From assembly GCA_016208545.1 (NCBI GenBank), contig JACQXU010000048.1, forward strand, positions 1 to 42,018: a stretch of 42,018 nt of DNA, written 5' to 3'. The translations under genes were made by a program, and so were the position numbers. The notes under the pieces were generated by a model that searched no databases, was not told where the DNA came from, and saw nothing but the letters and a program-made list of their open reading frames with translations. Below, one piece after another: positions 18,428-25,989 of the stretch (positions within the stretch are counted from its first letter, which is position 1; every line of letters begins with the position of its first letter). Source of the stretch: Candidatus Uhrbacteria bacterium (GTDB lineage Bacteria > Patescibacteriota > Patescibacteriia > UBA9934 > GWF2-40-263).

Positions 18428-19940
18428 AAACAGAATTACTGTTTTGTTAATTTTGCTTTTCATTATTCTCATACCAACTCGCGTATTCGCGGCTTCGACT
18501 TGTTATTGTTATTTCGGTGAAAAAAATGATTGCGCACAAACTTCTGTCAGTGAAAATGCAACAGTCGACGAATGCAACCTCGCGTGTGAAACAAAATATC
18601 TGGAAATTTTCAAAGGCGCTGATTTTTCAGATCAGGCAGGAGGAGCGAATGACGCGGCTGCTTTGTCAAATTGTTCTTCCGCTCACGAATCCGCCAATGA
18701 AGTTGAAGAAAAACCATTTCAGGGCGGAGTTCTTCCAAAATTGAATGTTGATATTCCGACTGTTACTTTTACACCAGTACTTCAGAAAGGCGGTAATTTG
18801 GAAATCAACTTTTTGGGAAATTATATCCAAGGTCTTTATATTTATCTAATCACAATTTCCTCCGTGATCGCTGTAGTTTTTCTCATGATAGGAGGTTTGA
18901 AATGGGTTTTGGCCGCAGGCGGCGCTTCAAGCATCGCATCAGCAAAAACAATGATCAAAAATGCCGTGATTGGACTTGTTTTGCTGTTGAGTGTTGTTTT
19001 GATTCTCGAAACAGTGAATCCGCAACTTGTAACATTTGATCCGTTTACGATCGAACGAATCCAGAAAATCGAAGCTGGTGAATCGTTGCATGCGGAAGAA
19101 AACTCCGCAGAAGAACCATATGAACCAATTACAACAACACCAGTTACACAAGGAACACAAGTAACTTTGCCGTATTCAGATGGAGGCAGATTAAAAATGG
19201 AGTATATTCAACTGCCACTTGCGTCTGGAGATGAGTATATTACTCCACCGCGCGCATGCACAATTCCAGTTCCGTCTGAATTAGTTTCATTAAGTGGTGT
19301 TGAAATAAATCCAAAATTTCTAGGAAATTTAGATTGTAATATTTCGTCATCAACAAAAAATAAAAAACGTCCTGATAGTCAAATTCAAATGATTGTTCTT
19401 CATCAAGGTTTCAAAAGTGATAGTGGACAAAATGGAGCTATGTGGTTTCAGGATTATCACTACGGAAAAATAGTAACCTGTCAAAAAAGTAAATCTGGAT
19501 TGTTTAATTACAAAGCCTGTCAACGAAACGGACAAAAATTTGTGTCTCAACCAACCAAGAATCAAACACCTGTTTCCAGTCATTTTGCTGTAACTTTAGG
19601 CGGAACCATCTATCAACTCACTGATGTTGGTCATATAACAAATAACTGTGGGGGTTGCGGAACAAACAAAATAGGAATTGGAATAGATCTTCAATATTCG
19701 ACAGAAGGAGAAAAAAATGTTTATTCAGACGCACAATACGAAAGTGTCGCAAAACTAATTAAAGGATTAAGTGAAAAATACGGATTCCAAATTAGTGACA
19801 GCACGATCAAAGGGCATTGCGAGGTTGGGAAACATTCGGATCCGCCAAATTACGACCTTAAAAAACTTGGTCAAAAAATTGGAGTAACGCTTGATCCTGG
19901 CCAACACGGAAGTTCACAATGTAGTTGGATTTCTAACTAA
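18423..19940 (+). CDS. Secreted Cys-rich domain + T4SS-pilin-like two-helix membrane domain + amidase_2-like (N-acetylmuramoyl-L-alanine amidase/PGRP) domain fusion
   Basis: Signal peptide MTNRITVLLILLFIILIPTRVFA. Cys-rich module CYCYFGEKNDC..C..C. Two TM helices ending in ETVNPQL, which resembles the TrbC/VirB2-type pilin family common in CPR. The C terminus has an amidase-like pattern (MIVLHQG, SSHFAV..GGTIYQL, IGIDL, IKGHCEV). Start set downstream of the R2 repeat. Confidence 0.65.
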   Translation: MTNRITVLLILLFIILIPTRVFAASTCYCYFGEKNDCAQTSVSENATVDECNLACETKYLEIFKGADFSDQAGGANDAAALSNCSSAHESANEVEEKPFQGGVLPKLNVDIPTVTFTPVLQKGGNLEINFLGNYIQGLYIYLITISSVIAVVFLMIGGLKWVLAAGGASSIASAKTMIKNAVIGLVLLLSVVLILETVNPQLVTFDPFTIERIQKIEAGESLHAEENSAEEPYEPITTTPVTQGTQVTLPYSDGGRLKMEYIQLPLASGDEYITPPRACTIPVPSELVSLSGVEINPKFLGNLDCNISSSTKNKKRPDSQIQMIVLHQGFKSDSGQNGAMWFQDYHYGKIVTCQKSKSGLFNYKACQRNGQKFVSQPTKNQTPVSSHFAVTLGGTIYQLTDVGHITNNCGGCGTNKIGIGIDLQYSTEGEKNVYSDAQYESVAKLIKGLSEKYGFQISDSTIKGHCEVGKHSDPPNYDLKKLGQKIGVTLDPGQHGSSQCSWISN

Positions 19941-19941
19941 T

Positions 19942-21228
19942 ATGTTCATCTGCACTCACTGCGACGCGCAATCACAAAAATGGGCTGGAAGATGTTTTGA
20001 ATGCCAGAAATGGGGGACGATGGTTGAACAAGAAGTAACTTCAAAAAAAACAACGTCCGCTTCAAATACGCGCGCTAAAGAATCAAAAAAACTTTCAGAA
20101 CTAGCAGGACAAAACGAACACACACGAATACAAACACTTGAGCCTGAAATTGATCGTGTACTCGGAGGAGGGATCGTTAAAGGATCTCTCGTTCTTTTAT
20201 CTGGAGAACCCGGAATCGGCAAATCAACACTCGTAGCTGAAATAGCGAAACGTTTTGTCGAACAAGGAAATCCTGTATTGTATATTTCCGGCGAAGAGTC
20301 AGCGCCTCAACTTAAAACAAGATTTGATCGCTTGAACACAAAATTAGATCAACTATTTTTTCTTGAAGCTGGATCAGTCGAATCAATCGTTCAAACAATT
20401 GAAAAAGAAAAACCAAAAATTGTTGTGATTGATTCAATCCAAACTTTATTTTCAGATGGAATCGACAGCACTGCCGGAAGTCCGACAACGGTTCGCTACG
20501 CGACTTCCCTTTTGCTTGAACTTGCAAAACGAACTCATGTTTCAATTCTTCTGATCGGCCAAGTTACAAAAGACGGCATGGTCGCAGGCCCAAAAACCCT
20601 CGAACACCTTGTTGATGTTGTCTTATCGCTCGATGGAGATTCTTCTCATTCATATCGCTGGCTTTCATGCTCAAAAAATCGTTTTGGCGCCACAGACGAA
20701 GTCGGTGTATTTGAAATGACTTCGCAAGGACTCAAGCCAGTTACAAATCCATCTGCAAAATTTTTGGAAGAACGAGTTGCGGTACCTGGTTCTGTAATTG
20801 CCGCGACAGTCGAAGGTTCTCGCGTATTTTTAGTTGAAATTCAAGCGCTTGTTGAAAAAACTTCCTATGGAATTCCTGTGCGCCGCGCATCTGGATTTGA
20901 TCAAAATCGGTTGCAAATGCTGATCGCAATTCTTTCAAAACGAGCAGGATTAAAACTCGGCGAACAAGATATTTATGTAAACGTAATCGGCGGAATGAAA
21001 GTTACAGAACCGGCTGTTGATCTGGCTGTGTGTGCTGCGATAATAAGCGCATCAAAAAATACCGCGTTTGAAGAAGCTACTGTTTTTTTCGGCGAAGTCG
21101 GACTTGGAGGAGAAATAAGACGAGTTACAGCATCTGAAAAACGTTTGGCAGAATCAAAACGTTTAGGACTAAAAAAAATCTTCGGACCCGAGATTGGGAA
21201 TATAAATAAAATTTCAGAACTATTCTAA
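19942..21228 (+). CDS. radA: DNA repair protein RadA/Sms
   Basis: N-terminal zinc finger (CTHCDAQSQKWAGRCFEC), RecA-like Walker A (GEPGIGKST), KNRFG motif, Lon-protease-like C-terminal domain. Start at ATG 19942, directly after the preceding stop. Confidence 0.94.
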   Translation: MFICTHCDAQSQKWAGRCFECQKWGTMVEQEVTSKKTTSASNTRAKESKKLSELAGQNEHTRIQTLEPEIDRVLGGGIVKGSLVLLSGEPGIGKSTLVAEIAKRFVEQGNPVLYISGEESAPQLKTRFDRLNTKLDQLFFLEAGSVESIVQTIEKEKPKIVVIDSIQTLFSDGIDSTAGSPTTVRYATSLLLELAKRTHVSILLIGQVTKDGMVAGPKTLEHLVDVVLSLDGDSSHSYRWLSCSKNRFGATDEVGVFEMTSQGLKPVTNPSAKFLEERVAVPGSVIAATVEGSRVFLVEIQALVEKTSYGIPVRRASGFDQNRLQMLIAILSKRAGLKLGEQDIYVNVIGGMKVTEPAVDLAVCAAIISASKNTAFEEATVFFGEVGLGGEIRRVTASEKRLAESKRLGLKKIFGPEIGNINKISELF

Positions 21229-23271
21229 ATGTGCCTCTTCAAACGTCGTGTATATTTTTTCCAAAATGAGCGGATACTTTTCAAGTTTTGGATCTTCGTT
21301 GAGCAATTTTGTTGTCCAATCACGCGCCGTTTTCATAATCTCAACGTCGGCAGACGTAGCAAACTGAAAATCCGGGAAACCTGATTGCGCGTTTCCAAAA
21401 ATGTTTCCAGGGCCTCGGAGCTCAAGGTCTTTTTCAGCTAATTCAAAACCGTTTTGAGTTTGCTCGAGAGTTCGAAGTCGCTCAAGCGCGATTTCACTTG
21501 CATCATCTGAAAGTAAATAACAGTAAGACGTCATATCGCTTCTTCCAACTCTGCCTCGAAGCTGATGAAGTTGTGCCAATCCAAAACGCTCGGCTCCAAA
21601 AATCACCATGACTGTCGCGTTTGGAACGTCAACTCCTACTTCGACAACGGTTGTTGAAACAAGAACATCTGTTTTTCCATCTTTAAATTTTTGAATAGCG
21701 TCTTGTTTTTCATCTGATTTAAGTTTCCCATGCAAAACATTAATTTTGAAATCTTTAAGCGGACCTTTTTTAAGTTGTCCACTCACGTCAGTCACACTTT
21801 TCGCGCCAAGTTTGTCAGACGGATCAATAAGCGGACACACAACATAAATTTGGCGTCCAAGCGCTATTTGATCTTTCACGTGCTGCCACATTCCTGTACG
21901 ATGTTGAGATTCAATGATTGCTGTTCCAATCGGTTTTCGGCCTTTTGGAAGCTCTAAAATCACTGAAATATCAAGATCGCCATAAATTGTCAGCGAAAGT
22001 GAACGTGGAATCGGTGTTGCTGTCATTGATAACAAATGAGCAGAAATTTTGCTTCCCTTTTCTAGAAGAGCGTGACGTTGTGCCACACCAAAACGGTGTT
22101 GCTCATCAACAATCACAAATGCAAGATTTGGAATCTCAACCATTTCTTCAAGAAGCGCGTGGGTTCCGATCACACACTGAACTGTTCCATTTTTTAATTG
22201 ATTCAACACCTCCTCTTTTTTTACTTCTTGATCACTAATGCGTTTTTGCGATCGAGTAAAAAGCGCGATCTCGTATGATGGTAAAAATTTAGAAAAAACT
22301 GCATGCTGTTGTACTGCAAGAATTTCTGTTGGAACAAGATAGACAACCGTAAATTTATTTGAAAGAACGCTGTTTGCCGCTATCGCCGCAACAACTGTTT
22401 TTCCGGAACCTACATCACCCTGAAGTAAACGATTCATCGGATTTGGTTTTGCTAAATCTTGAACGATCTCCCAAGCTGATTTTTTTTGCGCGAACGTGAG
22501 TTCAAATGGCAGTTGAGCAACAAATGTCTTCAAGACTTGTTCGTCAATCGGGATAACGAACGATTTATGTTTTTTGCGATCCTGTCGAGAACGTGCAAAC
22601 AAAAATTGATGTAATAATAATTCATCAAATTTCAATCGCTCAATCGCCTCCGAAAGTTCTCGATGAGATTCCGGAAAATGCACAGAGCGAATAGTTGTTG
22701 AAAGCTTGGTGTGACCTTCTTCACTTCTGATAATCTCTGGAACCCAGTCAATCAGTTCGTCTGAAGCAGACAACGCGCAGTTTATCGCCGTGCGCAAACG
22801 TTTCATTGTGAGTGATCCAGAGAGACCATAAACAGGAACGATCCTGCCTGTGTGAACTCTTTTTCCTTCTGGTTCAAACACGGGATTAACAAGCGCTTTT
22901 CTAAAACGAAAATCTATTCGTCCTGAAAATGATAGCCTCATGCCTGGTCGCAAAGTATCAATTAGATATTTTTGATTAAACCAAATGATCGGCAATTCTC
23001 CTGTTTCGTCTTCGATAACAGCGTTCACAATTGTCATTCGACTATTCTTTGCGGGATGAGAATCAATCGAAACGATAGATCCGCTCACTGTTACCATTTC
23101 GTCAACTTTAACTTTTGCGATTGGTTTGATATTTGAAAAATCGTCGTAACGAAACGGAACATAAAACAAAAGATCATAAACAGAAAGAATACCCATGTTT
23201 TTGAGATCTTTTACTGCTTTAGCACCGATTCCAGGCAGTTCAGAAACATAAGAGTTAAGATGCAAGGCCAT
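21220..23271 (-). CDS. recG: ATP-dependent DNA helicase RecG
   Basis: 683 aa. Wedge/OB N terminus and SF2 helicase motifs (GDVGSGKT, DEQHRFG, QLHQLRGRVGR). Its 3' end overlaps the radA 3' end by 9 nt in convergent orientation. Confidence 0.95.
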   Translation of the reverse strand: MALHLNSYVSELPGIGAKAVKDLKNMGILSVYDLLFYVPFRYDDFSNIKPIAKVKVDEMVTVSGSIVSIDSHPAKNSRMTIVNAVIEDETGELPIIWFNQKYLIDTLRPGMRLSFSGRIDFRFRKALVNPVFEPEGKRVHTGRIVPVYGLSGSLTMKRLRTAINCALSASDELIDWVPEIIRSEEGHTKLSTTIRSVHFPESHRELSEAIERLKFDELLLHQFLFARSRQDRKKHKSFVIPIDEQVLKTFVAQLPFELTFAQKKSAWEIVQDLAKPNPMNRLLQGDVGSGKTVVAAIAANSVLSNKFTVVYLVPTEILAVQQHAVFSKFLPSYEIALFTRSQKRISDQEVKKEEVLNQLKNGTVQCVIGTHALLEEMVEIPNLAFVIVDEQHRFGVAQRHALLEKGSKISAHLLSMTATPIPRSLSLTIYGDLDISVILELPKGRKPIGTAIIESQHRTGMWQHVKDQIALGRQIYVVCPLIDPSDKLGAKSVTDVSGQLKKGPLKDFKINVLHGKLKSDEKQDAIQKFKDGKTDVLVSTTVVEVGVDVPNATVMVIFGAERFGLAQLHQLRGRVGRSDMTSYCYLLSDDASEIALERLRTLEQTQNGFELAEKDLELRGPGNIFGNAQSGFPDFQFATSADVEIMKTARDWTTKLLNEDPKLEKYPLILEKIYTTFEEAHLE

Positions 23272-23329
23272 AGCTAATTTATCTTATCAACAAAATCACG
23301 AAAACAAAAAACACGTACTTAACGTGTTC

Positions 23330-23528
23330 TGGTGCGCTCGACAGGGTTCGGTCGACGAGGATAGCGAGCAAAGAACAAAACAAAGTTTTGTTCTTTCGAG
23401 CGTCGCAGTCGACCCTGCTCGGCCTTTAGGCCGAGCAACACCTGTGGCCTACAGCTCCCCGCCTTCGCCTGTCGGCTACGGACGGACATAGCGCAAGCTG
23501 ATGTTCTATTATGAGCCGAAACGAGAGA
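23330..23528 (-). pseudogene. Decayed or insertion-interrupted tRNA-Arg-like sequence
   Basis: On the minus strand the 5' part, GCTCATAATAGAACATCAGCTTGCG, matches the D and anticodon arms of the adjacent tRNA-Arg. After 34 nt comes GAGCTGT-AGGCC-ACAGG. About 130 nt later comes CGAACCCTGT-CGAGCGC-A-CCA, a T-stem 3' strand plus acceptor plus CCA. The 5' acceptor TCTCTCG pairs in only 5 of 7 positions. Confidence 0.4.
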
Positions 23529-23549
23529 AACAAAAAGTGTCCATTCATG

Positions 23550-23626
23550 TGGTGCACCCGGCAGGATTTGAACCTGCGACCCCCAGCTCCGCAAGCTGAT
23601 GCTCTATCCAGCTGAGCTACGGGTGC
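23550..23626 (-). tRNA. tRNA-Arg (anticodon GCG), CCA encoded
   Basis: Manual cloverleaf: GCACCCG TA GCTC AGCTGGATA GAGC A TCAGC TTGCGGA GCTGG GGGTC GCAGG TTCAAAT CCTGC CGGGTGC A CCA. Confidence 0.9.
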
Positions 23627-23728
23627 CTGCTAATAACAAATGAATGGACATTTTTTATTTCCGATCGAGTCGACGTGATCTATCCCCATCCTCGGCCATG
23701 GCGGAAAATGAACTACGAGCGCATAAGC

Positions 23729-24244
23729 TCACAATTTATACATGCGACGGGCTATATCTGTCAATCGTTCTTCCTTACGATTCAGATTTTCAGCACAAAA
23801 CGGCAGTAAGGACGAACGAACTTGATTTGGATCCATTTCCTCAAGTGGAATTGAAAGTATTGGATGCCAGTGGCTATGAAAATCAATATACAAAATCTTT
23901 GTAACTGGCGGATCGTAGATGATTGAAAAATCTCGAATCGCGTCAAAGTCGTAATATGTGTCATCAATCAAAACTCCTGTTGTGGTGATCATGACAGGAA
24001 CTCGGTCTGGCTCTTTGAAAGTTGAGATGAGCATAATCACTCCGACCATGAGAATAATGACTGCAAACAAAAAGTTAGCAGTCGCAATCGCGTACACAAT
24101 CAGTGCCACTCCAACGATTGTTGCAACGATATACCAAGTTCGCGAACGTTCGTAGCGTGGATATTCGTCAACTTCCCATTCAAGAATCGGCTCTCCGATA
24201 TCAACGGATTCTTCTGCTTTTAATGATATGTTTTGTTCTTCCAT
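23729..24244 (-). CDS. Hypothetical two-TM membrane protein
   Basis: ORF with two adjacent TM helices (WYIVATIVGVALIVYAIA, FLFAVIILMVGVIMLI) and a soluble C-terminal domain. The ATG at 24244 is preferred over the TTG at 24280. Confidence 0.55.
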   Translation of the reverse strand: MEEQNISLKAEESVDIGEPILEWEVDEYPRYERSRTWYIVATIVGVALIVYAIATANFLFAVIILMVGVIMLISTFKEPDRVPVMITTTGVLIDDTYYDFDAIRDFSIIYDPPVTKILYIDFHSHWHPILSIPLEEMDPNQVRSSLLPFCAENLNRKEERLTDIARRMYKL

Positions 24245-24340
24245 ATGTGGGATACACGCCGAATTTCTGTTGGTGACCAATCCAGAAATACAGCTTAGTA
24301 AAGAGACGAATTAACTGTTTACAGGCAGGGTTCGCGGTGT

Positions 24341-25341
24341 ATGAACCACGACACCGCGAACTCGGCCTGTAAACACACAAAATCGATTAAGTTTGGAGGA
24401 CGTCGTAGACAGTGCATCTCCTGTAAAAAGACGTGGTCTGTGCGTGCTAGAAAGCGTGGTGCAAAGCCTCGCAAAAATCACGTGATGAGTCTCGAGAAAA
24501 CATTCGTCGAGAAACTTACACTCGTGCAACAAGCACGCAGAGCTCACAAGAGTGCAAATGCGTTTTCAAAACAACACGCACAAACACTTACGGGTCTGTG
24601 TGAAAAACAATGGCCGCACACCGTCCCTGAAGGATCACTCGTTCTTGTCATGGATGGCATCTGGTTTACGTTGAATGAGAGCCGTACACGGTCTACCTCA
24701 CAGGATTTCGTCAGGTTCAGGGTGACACTCTGCATTTCTTGCCACCCATTCTGCGACCCGGTCACGAGTCTCAGAAGCAGTGGAGAGAAGTCTTAGATGC
24801 AATCCCTCAAGAGATCCATCATCGTATTTGTGCCGTTGTTTCGGACAGTTTTAGTGGTGCTGGTGGTCTCGCGAAGAAGTACAGTTGGATCTTTCAACGA
24901 TGCCAGGCACATCTCTTACTACGGTTGTCGACGCTGTGCGGTGACAACAAACTGGCGGTGAGTTGGAGAGAAGGTCGTCAAGAAATTAAACGTCTCATGC
25001 ACACACTCATGAACACAAGGGACGAGAAGAAGGTTTCAACAATCGTCGAGCAACTTCTCGCTCTCGGTGCGCATCCACAGTGTCCACAACGACTACGTCA
25101 GATTGTGAAACGAACTGTGAGAACGCTCAACGAGTATCGCGCGTGTTATCTCCATCCAGAACTTCGTTTACCGGCAACGACCAACGCAGTTGAGAATACG
25201 AACGGAAGGATTCGCTCTGTCCTGAATCGTGCTCGTGGTTGTCGGACTCCTGAATCGCTCATTCATTGGATCACAGCCTTTCTCTGGTTCCATCCAACAG
25301 TGAAATGTCGACCAAAGTTACCAACAGAATTAAAGCGTTAA
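24341..25341 (+). pseudogene. DDE transposase with a single frameshift (IS remnant; family uncertain, IS256-like or IS1-like pattern)
   Basis: Frame 2 gives a zinc-finger-like N terminus (CKH..RRQCISCKKTW) and LVLVMDGIWFTLNE. Homology-like sequence continues in frame 1 from about 24679 (EPYTVYLTGF...ESQKQWREVL...AVVSDSFSG...QRCQAHLLLRL...TTNAVENTNGRIRSVLNRARG). No slippery heptamer at the shift. Visibly more GC-rich than the flanks. Confidence 0.7.
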
Positions 25342-25405
25342 TGCCGTATATGTAGATATTTTAACATGATTCTTGATTATTCTCAAAGGATCGCGTATTC
25401 TATGG

Positions 25406-25577
25406 AACAAACATTATGAAACCGCATTTAAGTCGCCGATGGTTTGGCAATATTGTTCATTTTGGAACGAGAAATTTATGAAACGTAGCCGTAGCTACGT
25501 TGAGTAAATTTCTTGGGAAAGATGAATAAGATTGGCAAATCCAGCAAGACTTGGAATGCGGTTTCATAATGTTTGTT
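25406..25577. repeat. 172-bp element with perfect 23-bp terminal inverted repeats (MITE-like, or a long hairpin RNA)
   Basis: AACAAACATTATGAAACCGCATT at 25406-25428 and its exact reverse complement at 25555-25577. The interior arms are partly complementary around a central cgtagccgtagctacg palindrome. Confidence 0.75.
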
Positions 25578-25591
25578 ACATATTCATGTCC

Positions 25592-25660
25592 GGAGAGGTA
25601 CACAAGAGGGTGAGTCCCGAGCGAGCGAGGGACGAACGGGCGGTAAAGACCGCCCGGGCA
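25592..25660 (+). other. tRNA-Ser 5'-fragment-like sequence followed by a GC-rich hairpin
   Basis: ggagaggtacacaagaggg matches the first 19 nt of the tRNA-Ser at 25706 (ggagaggtacccaagaggc) in 17 of 19 positions. The CGGGCGG-TAAAGA-CCGCCCG hairpin follows. I could not find a T arm or 3' acceptor. Confidence 0.4.
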
Positions 25661-25705
25661 GACTCTTGGGTTCTGATTTTTGATCGAGGCTATGCCGAGA
25701 AATAC

Positions 25706-25800
25706 GGAGAGGTACCCAAGAGGCTGAAGGGGGGAGATTGCTAATCTCCTAGGTCGGCTTTAAAACCGGCGCGAGGGTTCAAATCCCTCCCTCTCCGCCA
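25706..25800 (+). tRNA. tRNA-Ser (anticodon GCT), long variable arm, CCA encoded
   Basis: GGAGAGG TA CCC AAGAGGCTGAA GGG G GGAGA TTGCTAA TCTCC [variable arm] GAGGG TTCAAAT CCCTC CCTCTCC G CCA. Confidence 0.9.
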
Positions 25801-25837
25801 GTTCAATGAAGCCAATTGCTTGGCTTTATTGAACTGG
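25798..25837 (+). terminator. 18-bp-stem hairpin overlapping the tRNA CCA end (terminator or processing signal)
   Basis: CCAGTTCAATGAAGCCAA ttgc TTGGCTTTATTGAACTGG, with one G-T wobble. There is no clear T-run after it, so intrinsic-terminator function is uncertain. Confidence 0.5.
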
Positions 25838-25870
25838 ACGCAGACAGATGTTGTTCACAATTTATGACAT

Positions 25871-25958
25871 GGAGGGGTGCTCCGAATTGGTTAAGGAACT
25901 AGTCTTGAAAACTAGCGCCCGAAAGGGCTTGTGGGTTCGAGTCCCACCCCCTCCGCCA
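25871..25958 (+). tRNA. tRNA-Ser (anticodon TGA), long variable arm, CCA encoded
   Basis: GGAGGGG...CTAGT CTTGAAA ACTAG [variable arm GCGCCCGAAAGGGCTT] GTGGG TTCGAGT CCCAC CCCCTCC G CCA. Confidence 0.9.
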
Positions 25959-25989
25959 ATACTTAAATAATTTTTCAAGGAATCTTTGC

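Noticed and set aside
209-23271. Dozens of 60-170-aa ORFs antisense to or nested in dnaE, pheT, pheS, rseP, tyrS, clpC, radA and recG
   Set aside because: They lie wholly inside long ORFs with clear family motifs on the other strand or frame. They have low-complexity or odd composition and no recognisable motifs.
23319-23594. 91-aa ORF on the minus strand
   Set aside because: It overlaps tRNA-Arg and the tRNA-like relic. Its sequence is a translation of structured RNA or GC-rich hairpins.
25532-25744. 70-aa ORF on the plus strand
   Set aside because: It runs through the MITE-like terminus, the tRNA-Ser fragment and into the real tRNA-Ser(GCT), so it is not a plausible gene.
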